NCBI GenBank assembly: GCA_964016885.1
Contig: OZ024744.1
Span: 121,272,001 to 121,336,000, forward strand
Direction of reading: 5' to 3'
Length of the DNA stretch: 64,000 nt
DNA from: Eledone cirrhosa
Lineage: Eukaryota
Below the pieces are notes generated by a model that saw only the letters and a program-made list of their open reading frames with translations, searched no databases and had not been told where the DNA came from. Numbering within the stretch: the stretch's first letter is position 1; each line of letters starts with the position of its first letter. Below, in pieces: positions 54,301 to 64,000 of this stretch. Position numbers and translations under genes: made by a program.

Positions 54301-57300
54301 GAAGAGAGATAGTGTGAGATGGTTGGGTCATGTGTTGAGGAAGGATAAAAGTGACTGGGTGAGAGGAATAGAGGTACTGATAGATGTCGTGAAGACAGAT
54401 AGTGTGAGATGGTTGGGTCATGTGTTGAGGAAGGATAACAGTGACTGGGTTAGAGGAATAGAGGTAGTGATGGATGATGTGAAGAGAGATAGGGTGAGAT
54501 GGTTAGGTCATGTGTTGAGGAGGGATAAAATTGATTGGGTGAGAGGAATAGACGTAGTTATGGATGTTGTGAAGAGAGATAGTGTGAGATGGTTGGGTCA
54601 TGTGTTGAGGAAGGATAAAAGTGAGTGGGTGAGAGGAATAGAGGTAGTGATGGATGTTGTGAAGACAGATAGTGTGAGATGGTTGGGTCATGTGTTGAGG
54701 AAGGTTGAATGTGAATGGGTGAGAAGAATAGAGGTTTTGATGGATGTTGTGAAGAGAGATAGTGTGGGACGGTAGGGTCATGTGTTGAGGAAGTATGAAA
54801 GTGACTGGGTGAGAGGAATCAGAGGTAGTGATGGATGTTGTAATGGTAGATAGTGTGAGATGGTTGGGTCATGTGTTGAGGAAGGTTAAAAGTGACTGGG
54901 TGAGTGGAATAGAGGTAGTGATGGATGTTGTAAAGAGAGATAGTGTGGGACGGTAGGGTCATGTGTTGAGGAAGTATGAAAGTGACTGGGTGAGAGGAAT
55001 CAGAGGTAGTGATGGATGTTGTGAAGAGAGATAGTGTGAGATGGTTAGATCATGTGTTGAGGAAGGATAAAAGTGACTGGGTGAGAGGAATAGAGGTAGT
55101 GATGGATGTTGTGAAGAGAGATGGTGTGAGATGGTTGGGTCATGTTTTGAGGAAGGATAAAAGTGACTGGGTGAGAGGAATAGAGGTAGTAACGGATGTT
55201 CTGAAGAGAGATAGTGTGAGATGGTTGGGTCATGTGTTGAGGAAGGATAAAAGTGACTCGCTGAGAGGAATAGAGGTAGTGATGGATGTTGTGGTGAGAG
55301 ATAGTGTGAGATGGTTGGGTCATGTGTTGAGGAAGGATAAAAGTGACTGGGTGAGAGGAATAGAGGTAGTGCTGGATGTTGTAAAGAGAGATAGTGTGAG
55401 ATGGTTGGGTCATGTGTTGAAGAAGGTTAAAAGTGACTGGGTGAGTGGAATAGAGGTAGTGATGAATGTTGTGAAGAGAGATAGTGTGGGACGGTTGGGT
55501 CATGTGTTGAGGAAGTATGAAAGTGACTGGGTGAGAGGAATCAGAGGTAGTGATGGATGTTGTGAAGAGAGATAGTGTGGGACGGTTGGGTCATGTGTTG
55601 AGGAGGGATAAAATTGATTGGGTGAGAGGAATAGAGGTAGTGATGGATGTTGTGAAGAGAGATAGTGTGAGATGGTTGGGTCATGTGTTGAGGAAGGATA
55701 AAAGTGACTGTGTGAGAGGAATAGAGGTAGTGATGGATGTTGTGAAGAGAGATAGTGTGAGATGGTTGGGTCATGTGTTGAGGAAGGATAAAAGTGAGTG
55801 GGTGAGAGGAATAGAGGTAGTGATGGATGTTGTGAAGAGAGATAGTGTGAGATGGTTGGTTCATGTGTTGAGGAAGGATAAAAGTGAGTGGGTGAGAGGA
55901 ATAGGGGTAGTGATGGATGTTGTGAAGAGAGATAGTGTGAGATGGTTGGGTCATGTCTTGAGGAAGGTTGAATGTGAATGGGTGAGAGGAACAGAGGTAG
56001 TGATGGATGTTGCGAAGGGAGATAGTGTGAGATGGTTGGGTCATGTGTTGAGGAAGGATAAAAGTGACTGTGTGAGAGGAATAGAGGGTTTGATGGATGT
56101 TGTGAAGAGAGATAGTGTGAGATGGTTGGGTCATGTGTTGAGGAAGGATAAAAGTGACTGGGTGAGAGGAATAGAGGTAGTGATGGATGTTGCGAAGAGA
56201 GATAGTGTGAGATGGTTGGGTCATGTGTTGAGGAAGGATAAAAGTGAGTGGGTGAGAGGAATAGAGGTAGTGATGGATGTTGTGGAGACAGATAGTGTGA
56301 GATGGTTGGGTCATGTGTTGAGGAAGGTTGAATGTGAATGGGTGAGAAGAATAGAGGTTTTGATGGATGTTGTGAAGAGAGATAGTGTGAGATGGTTAGC
56401 TCATGTGTTGAGGAAGGATAAAAGTGACTGGGTGTGAGGAATAGAGGTTGTGATGGATGTTGTGAAGACAGATAATGTGAGATGGTTGTGTCATGTGTTG
56501 AGGAAGTATGAAAGTGACTGGGTGAGAGGAATAGAGGTAGTGATGTATGTTGTGAAGAGAGATAGTGTGAGATGGTTGGGTCATGTGTTGAGGAAGGATT
56601 AAAGTGACTGGGTGAGAGCAATAGAGGTAGTGATGGATGTTGTGAAGAGAGATAGTGTGAGATGGTTGGGTCATGTGTTGAGGAAGGATAAAAGAGACTG
56701 GGTGAGAGGAATAGAGGTAGTGATGGATGTTGTAATGGTAGATAGTGTGAGATGGTTAGGTCATGTGTTGAGGAAGGTTAAAAGTGACTGGGTGAGTGGA
56801 ATAGAGGTAGTGATGGATGTTGTGAAGAGAGATAGTGTGGGACGGTAGGGTCTTGTGTTGAGGAAGTATGAAAGTGACTGAGTGAGAGGAAAAGAGGTAG
56901 TGATGGATGTTGTGAAGAGAGATAGTGTGAGATGGTTGGGTCATGTGTTGAGGAAGGATAAAAGTGAGTGGGTGAGAGGAATAGAGGTAGTGATGGATGT
57001 TGTGAAGAGAGATAGTGTGAGATGGTTGGGTCATGTGTTGAGGAAGGATAAAAGAGACTGGGTGAGAGGAATCAGAGGTAGTGATGGATGTTGTGAAGAG
57101 AGATAGTGTGAGATGGTTAGGTCATGTGTTGAGGAAGGATAAAAGTGACTGGGTGAGAGGAAAAGAGGTAGTGATGGATGTTGTGAAGAGAGATGGTGTG
57201 AGATGATTGGGTCATGTTTTGAGGAAGGATAAAAGTGACTGGGTGAGAGGAATAGAGGTAGTGATGGATGTTGTGAAGAGAGATAGTGTGAGATGGTTGG

Positions 57301-60300
57301 GTCATGTGTTGAGGAAGGATAAAAGTGACTGGGTGAGAGGAATAGAGGTAGTAACGGATGTTGTGAAGAGAGATAGTGTGAGATGGTTGGGTCATGTGTT
57401 GAGGAAGGATAAAAGTGACTCGGTGAGAGGAATAGAGGTAGTGATGGATGTTGTGAAGAGAGATAGTTGGAGATGGTTGGGTCATGTGTTGAGGAAGGAT
57501 GAAAGTGACTGGGTGAGAGGAATAGAGGTAGTGATGGATGTTGTGAAGAGAGATAGTGTGAGATGGTTGGGTCATGTGTTGAAGAAGGTTAAAAGTGACT
57601 GGGTGAGTGGAATAGAGGTAGTGATGAATGTTGTGAAGAGAGATAGTGTGGGACGGTTGGGTCATGTGTTGAGGAAGTATGAAAGTGACTGGGTGAGAGG
57701 AATAGAGGTAGTGCTGGATGTTGTAAAGGGAGATAGTGTGAGATGGTTGGGTCATGTGTTGAGGAAGTATAAAAGTGACTGGGTGAGAGGAATAGAGGTA
57801 GTGATGGATGTTGTGAAGAGAGATAGTGTGAGATGGTTGGGTCCTGTGTTGAGGAAGGATGAAAGTGACTGGGTGAGAGGAACAGCGGTAGTGATGGATG
57901 TTGTGAAGAGAGATAGTGTGAGATGGTTGGGTCATGTGTTGAAGAAGGTTAAAAGTGACTGGGTGAGTGGAATAGAGGTAGTGATGAATGTTGTGAAGAG
58001 AGATAGTGTGGGACGGTTGGGTCATGTGTTGAGGAAGTATGAAAGTGACTGGGTGAGAGGAATCAGAGGTAGTGATGGATGTTGTGAAGAGAGATAGTGT
58101 GGGACGGTTGGGTCATGTGTTGAGGAGGGATAAAATTGATTGGGTGAGAGGAATAGAGGTAGTGATGGATGTTGTGAAGAGAGATAGTGTGAGATGGTTG
58201 GGTCATGTGTTGAGGAAGGATAAAAGTGACTGGGTGAGAGGAATAGAGGTAGTGATGGATGTTGTGAAGAGAGATAGTGTGAGATGGTTGGGTCATGTGT
58301 TGAGGAAGGATAAAAGTGAGTGGGTGAGAGGAATAGAGGTAGTGATGGATGTTGTGAAGAGAGATAGTGTGAGATGGTTGGTTCATGTGTTGAGGAAGTA
58401 TAAAAGTGAGTGGGTGAGAGGAATATAGGTAGTGATGGATGTTGTGAAGAGAGATAGTGTGAGATGGTTGGGTCATGTGTTGAGGAAGGTTGAATGTGAA
58501 TGGGTGAGAGGAACAGAGGTCGTGATGGATGTTGCGAAGAGAGATAGTGTGAGATGGTTGGGTCATGTGTTGAGGAAGGATAAAAGTGACTGTGTGAGAG
58601 GAATGGAGGTTTTGATGGATGTTGTGAAGAGAGATAGAGTGAGATGGTTGGGTCATGTGTTGAGGAAGGATAAAAGTGACTGGGTGAGAGGAATAGAGGT
58701 AGTGATGGATGTTGCGAAGAGAGATAGTGTGAGATGGTTGGGTCATGTGTTGAGGAAGGATAAAAGTGACTGGGTGAGAGGAATAGAGGTTTTGATGGAT
58801 GTTGTGAAGAGAGATAGTGTGATATGGTTAGCTAATGTGTTGAGGAAGGATAAAAGTGACTGGGTGAGAGGAATAAAGGTTGTGATGGATGTTGTGAAGA
58901 GAGATAGTGTGAGATGGTTGGGTCATGTGTTGAGGAAGTATGAAAGTGACTGGGTGAGAGGAATAGAGGTACTGATAGATGTTGTGAAGACAGATAGTGT
59001 GAGATGGTTGGGTCATGTGTTGAGGAAGGATAAAAGTGACTGGGTGAGAGGAATAGAGGTGGAGATGGATGTTGTGAAGAGAGATAGTGTGAGATGGTTG
59101 GGTCATGTGTTGTTGAAGTATGAAAGTGACTGGGTGAGAGGAATAGAGGTAGTGATAGATGTTGTGAAGACAGATAGTGTGAGATGGTTGTGTCATGTGT
59201 TGAGGAAGTATGAAAGTGACTGGGTGAGAGGAATAGAGGTAGTGATGGATGTTGTGAAGAGAGATAGTGTGAGATGGTTGGGTCATGTGTTGAGGAAGGA
59301 TTAAAGTGACTGGTGAGAGCAATAGAGGTAGTGATGGATGTTGTGAAGAGAGATAGTGTGAGATGGTTGGGTCATGTGTTGAGGAAGGATAAAAGAGACT
59401 GGGTGAGAGGAATAGAGGTAGTGATGGATGTTGTAATGGTAGATAGTGTGAGATGGTTGGGTCATGTGTTGAGGAAGGTTGAATGTGAATGGGTGAGAAG
59501 AATAGAGGTTTTGATGGATGTTGTGAAGAGAGATAGTGTGAGATGGTTAGCTCATGTGTTGAGGAAGGATAAAAGTGACTGGGTGTGAGGAATAGAGGTT
59601 GTGATGGATGTTGTGAAGAGAGATAGTGTGAGATGGTTGGGTCATGTGTTGAGGAAGTATGAAAGTGACTGGGAGAGAGGAATAGAGGTAGTGATAGATG
59701 TTGTGAAGACAGATAGTGTGAGATGGTTGTGTCATGTGTTGAGGAAGTATGAAAGTGACTGGGTGAGAGGAATAGAGGTAGTGATGGATGTTGTGAAGAG
59801 AGATAGTGTGAGATGGTTGGGTCATGTGTTGAGGAAGGATAAAAGTGACTGGGTGAGAGGAATAGAGGTTTTGATGGATGTTGTGAAGAGAGATAGTGTG
59901 AGATGGTTAGCTAATGTGTTGAGGAAGGATAAAAGTGACTGGGTGAGAGGAATAGAGGTTGTGATGGATGTTGTGAAGAGAGATAGTGTGAGATGGTTGG
60001 GTCATGTGTTGAGGAAGGATAAAAGTGACTGGGTGAGAGGAATAGAGGTAGTGATGGATGTTGCGAAGAGAGATAGTGTGAGATGGTTGGGTCATGTGTT
60101 GAGGAAGGATAAAAGTGACTGGGTGAGAGGAATAGAGGTACTGATAGATGTCGTGAAGACAGATAGTGTGAGATGGTTGGGTCATGTGTTGAGGAAGGAT
60201 AAAAGTGACTGGGTTAGAGGAATAGAGGTAGTGATGGATGATGTGAAGAGAGATAGTGTGAGATGGTTAGGTCATGTGTTGAGGAGGGATAAAATTGATT

Positions 60301-63300
60301 GGGTGAGAGGAATAGACGTAGTTATGGATGTTGTGAAGAGAGATAGTGTGAGATGGTTGGGTCATGTGTTGAGGAAGGATAAAAGTGAGTGGGTGAGAGG
60401 AATAGAGGTAGTGATGGATGTTGTGAAGACAGATAGTGTGAGATGGTTGGGTCATGTGTTGAGGAAGGTTGAATGTGAATGGGTGAGAAGAATAGAGGTT
60501 TTGATGGATGTTGTGAAGAGAGATAGTGTGGGACGGTAGGGTCATGTGTTGAGGAAGTATGAAAGTGACTGGGTGAGAGGAATCAGAGGTAGTGATGGAT
60601 GTTGTAATGGTAGATAGTGTGAGATGGTTGGGTCATGTGTTGAGGAAGGTTAAAAGTGACTGGGTGAGTGGAATAGAGGTAGTGATGGATGTTGTAAAGA
60701 GAGATAGTGTGGGACGGTAGGGTCATGTGTTGAGGAAGTATGAAAGTGACTGGGTGAGAGGAATCAGAGGTAGTGATGGATGTTGTGAAGAGAGATAGTG
60801 TGAGATGGTTAGATCATGTGTTGAGGAAGGATAAAAGTGACTGGGTGAGAGGAATAGAGGTAGTGATGGATGTTGTGAAGAGAGATGGTGCGAGATGGTT
60901 GGGTCATGTTTTGAGGAAGGATAAAAGTGACTGGGTGAGAGGAATAGAGGTAGTAACGGATGTTCTGAAGAGAGATAGTGTGAGATGGTTGGGTCATGTG
61001 TTGAGGAAGGATAAAAGTGACTCGGTGAGAGGAATAGAGGTAGTGATGGATGTTGTGAAGAGAGATAGTGTGAGATGGTTGGGTCATGTGTTGAGGAAGG
61101 ATAAAAGTGACTGGGTGAGAGGAATAGAGGTAGTGCTGGATGTTGTAAAGAGAGATAGTGTGAGATGGTTGGGTCATGTGTTGAAGAAGGTTAAAAGTGA
61201 CTGGGTGAGTGGAATAGAGGTAGTGATGAATGTTGTGAAGAGAGATAGTGTGGGACGGTTGGGTCATGTGTTGAGGAAGTATGAAAGTGACTGGGTGAGA
61301 GGAATCAGAGGTAGTGATGGATGTTGTGAAGAGAGATAGTGTGGGACGGTTGGGTCATGTGTTGAGGAGGGATAAAATTGATTGGGTGAGAGGAATAGAG
61401 GTAGTGATGGATGTTGTGAAGAGAGATAGTGTGAGATGGTTGGGTCATGTGTTGAGGAAGGATAAAAGTGACTGGGTGAGGGGAATAGAGGTAGTGATGG
61501 ATGTTGTGAAGAGAGATAGTGTGAGATGGTTGGGTCATGTGTTGAGGAAGGATAAAAGTGAGTGGGTGAGAGGAATAGAGGTAGTGATGGATGTTGTGAA
61601 GAGAGATAGTGTGAGATGGTTGGTTCATGTGTTGAGGAAGGATAAAAGTGAGTGGGTGAGAGGAATAGGGGTAGTGATGGATGTTGTGAAGAGAGATAGT
61701 GTGAGATGGTTGGGTCATGTCTTGAGGAAGGTTGAATGTGAATGGGTGAGAGGAACAGAGGTAGTGATGGATGTTGCGAAGGGAGATAGTGTGAGATGGT
61801 TGGGTCATGTGTTGAGGAAGGATAAAAGTGACTGTGTGAGAGGAATAGAGGGTTTGATGGATGTTGTGAAGAGAGATAGTGTGAGATGGTTGGGTCATGT
61901 GTTGAGGAAGGATAAAAGTGACTGGGTGAGAGGAATAGAGGTAGTGATGGATGTTGCGAAGAGAGATAGTGTGAGATGGTTGGGTCATGTGTTGAGGAAG
62001 GATAAAAGTGAGTGGGTGAGAGGAATAGAGGTAGTGATGGATGTTGTGGAGACAGATAGTGTGAGATGGTTGGGTCATGTGTTGAGGAAGGTTGAATGTG
62101 AATGGGTGAGAAGAATAGAGGTTTTGATGGATGTTGTGAAGAGAGATAGTGTGAGATGGTTAGCTCATGTGTTGAGGAAGGATAAAAGTGACTGGGTGTG
62201 AGGAATAGAGGTTGTGATGGATGTTGTGAAGACAGATAATGTGAGATGGTTGTGTCATGTGTTGAGGAAGTATGAAAGTGACAGGGTGAGAGGAATAGAG
62301 GTAGTGATGTATGTTGTGAAGAGAGATAGTGTGAGATGGTTGGGTCCTGTGTTGAGGAAGGATTAAAGTGACTGGGTGAGAGCAATAGAGGTAGTGATGG
62401 ATGTTGTGAAGAGAGATAGTGTGAGATGGTTCGGTCATGTGTTGAGGAAGGATAAAAGAGACTGGGTGAGAGGAATAGAGGTAGTGATGGATGTTGTAAT
62501 GGTAGATAGTGTGAGATGGTTAGGTCATGTGTTGAGGAAGGTTAAAAGTGACTGGGTGAGTGGAATAGAGGTAGTGATGGATGTTGTGAAGAGAGATAGT
62601 GTGGGACGGTAGGGTCTTGTGTTGAGGAAGTATGAAAGTGACTGGGTGAGAGGAATCAGAGGTAGTGATGGATGTTGTGAAGAGAGATAGTGTGAGATGG
62701 TTAGGTCATGTGTTGAGGAAGGATAAAAGTGACTGGGTGAGAGGAAAAGAGGTAGTGATGGATGTTGTGAAGAGAGATGGTGTGAGATGATTGGGTCATG
62801 TTTTGAGGAAGGATAAAAGTGACTGGGTGAGAGGAATAGAGGTAGTGATGGATGTTGTGAAGAGAGATAGTGTGAGATGGTTGGGTCATGTGTTGAGGAA
62901 GGATAAAAGTGACTGGGTGAGAGGAATAGAGGTAGTAACGGATGTTGTGAAGAGAGATAGTGTGAGATGGTTGGGTCATGTGTTGAGGAAGGATAAAAGT
63001 GACTCGGTGAGAGGAATAGAGGTAGTGATGGATGTTGTGAAGAGAGATAGTTGGAGATGGTTGGGTCATGTGTTGAGGAAGGATGAAAGTGACTGGGTGA
63101 GAGGAATAGAGGTAGTGATGGATGTTGTGAAGAGAGATAGTGTGAGATGGTTGGGTCATGTGTTGAAGAAGGTTAAAAGTGACTGGGTTAGTGGAATAGA
63201 GGTAGTGATGAATGTTGTGAAGAGAGATAGTGTGGGACGGTTGGGTCATGTGTTGAGGAAGTATGAAAGTGACTGGGTGAGAGGAATAGAGGTAGTGCTG

Positions 63301-64000
63301 GATGTTGTGAAGAGAGATAGTGTGAGATGGTTGGGTCATGTGTTGAGGAAGTATGAAAGTGACTGGGAGAGAGGAATAGAGGTAGTGATAGATGTTGTGA
63401 AGACAGATAGTGTGAGATGGTTGTGTCATGTGTTGAGGAAGTATGAAAGTGACTGGGTGAGAGGAATAGAGGTAGTGATGGATGTTGTGAAGAGAGATAG
63501 TGTGAGATGGTTGGGTCATGTGTTGAGGAAGGATAAAAGTGACTGGGTGAGAGGAATAGAGGTTTTGATGGATGTTGTGAAGAGAGATAGTGTGAGATGG
63601 TTAGCTAATGTGTTGAGGAAGGATAAAAGTGACTGGGTGAGAGGAATAGAGGTTGTGATGGATGTTGTGAAGAGAGATAGTGTGAGATGGTTGGGTCATG
63701 TGTTGAGGAAGGATAAAAGTGACTGGGTGAGAGGAATAGAGGTAGTGATGGATGTTGCGAAGAGAGATAGTGTGAGATGGTTGGGTCATGTGTTGAGGAA
63801 GGATAAAAGTGACTGGGTGAGAGGAATAGAGGTACTGATAGATGTCGTGAAGACAGATAGTGTGAGATGGTTGGGTCATGTGTTGAGGAAGGATAAAAGT
63901 GACTGGGTTAGAGGAATAGAGGTAGTGATGGATGATGTGAAGAGAGATAGTGTGAGATGGTTAGGTCATGTGTTGAGGAGGGATAAAATTGATTGGGTGA
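54130..64000 (+). repeat. Higher-order unit of 5764 bp (64 monomers) followed by a shortened 3694-bp copy (41 monomers) and the start of a third copy
   Basis: ORF pairs 54143/59907, 55009/60773, 55550/61314 and 56612/62376 are offset by 5764; 59907/63601 by 3694. Markers: GATGTCGTG (about 54384/60148/63841), GACGTAGTT, GTTCTGAAG, GAGGGTTTG and GATAGTTGGAG. Confidence 0.92.

Larger units (their letters stand above)
1..64000 (+). repeat. 90-bp satellite / long tandem repeat array, about 710 head-to-tail monomers, continuing beyond both window edges
   Basis: The same 90-mer recurs with period 90 from base 1 to 64000 (e.g. GGTGAGAGGA at 11, 101, 191, 281). Monomers differ from consensus by a few substitutions and occasional 1-2 bp indels. 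All copies are in the same orientation. Confidence 0.99.

Noticed and set aside
21405-59320. Singleton indels (about 21411, 31207, 35585, 36412, 39228, 45990, 59312) as programmed frameshifts
   Set aside because: Each is private to one copy, and most lie in short homopolymer or dinucleotide runs. They cannot be distinguished from sequencing error or recent neutral mutation.
12-62612. Plus-strand ORFs of up to 566 aa made of the 30-aa repeat, as a giant repeat-protein gene
   Set aside because: ORFs are cut every 0.2-1.7 kb by stops and frameshifts that are copied along with the HORs. Most variants are non-synonymous, and there is no unique N- or C-terminus or splice structure. The open frame is best explained as inherited from the source sequence.
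606-63879. Minus-strand His/Ser/Pro-rich ORFs (MTQPSHTISLHNIHHYLYSSHPVTFILPQH and SSTHDPTISHYLSSQHPSLPLFLSPSHF repeats) as metal-binding proteins
   Set aside because: This is a compositional artefact. Minus-strand stops need TTA, CTA or TCA on the plus strand, and the consensus has only one TCA, so two minus frames are open by default.
1-64000. CRISPR-like repeat-spacer array or diversity cassette system
   Set aside because: The variable segments are point variants of one sequence and recur many times. There are no unique spacers, no palindromic repeat, and no cas, recombinase or RT genes in the window.
1-64000. Intact or active retrotransposon
   Set aside because: Only a 90-bp fragment is present. 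I found no endonuclease, RT catalytic motif, UTR, tail or target-site duplication.
1-64000. Canonical telomeric repeat
   Set aside because: There is no tandem TTAGGG/TTAGG-type short unit. TTAGG and TTGGG occur only as isolated words in the 90-mer.

Overview
The whole 64-kb window is one uninterrupted head-to-tail tandem array of about 710 copies of a 90-bp monomer. Consensus: GTGAGAGGAATAGAGGTAGTGATGGATGTTGTGAAGAGAGATAGTGTGAGATGGTTGGGTCATGTGTTGAGGAAGGATAAAAGTGACTGG (38 G, 27 A, 23 T, 2 C). I saw no unique sequence, inversion or foreign insertion, and neither end of the array is in the window. The monomer is exactly 30 codons and reads GIEVVMDVVKRDSVRWLGHVLRKDKSDWVR. This resembles the 'RRLRWxGHVxR' motif downstream of the reverse transcriptase domain in ORF2 of RTE-clade non-LTR retrotransposons, so the array looks like a eukaryotic satellite amplified from a LINE coding fragment (recognised from memory, not searched). 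The ORFs in the track are translations of the repeat, broken by stops and frameshifts that were themselves copied, so I call no genes. Diagnostic variants reveal nested higher-order repeats with periods of about 0.27, 1.2, 2.25, 2.8, 3.2, 3.6, 5.8 and 10-11 kb, and possibly 42-52 kb. There is also a microhomology-mediated out-of-register deletion present in three copies. Block boundaries are approximate (about one monomer).
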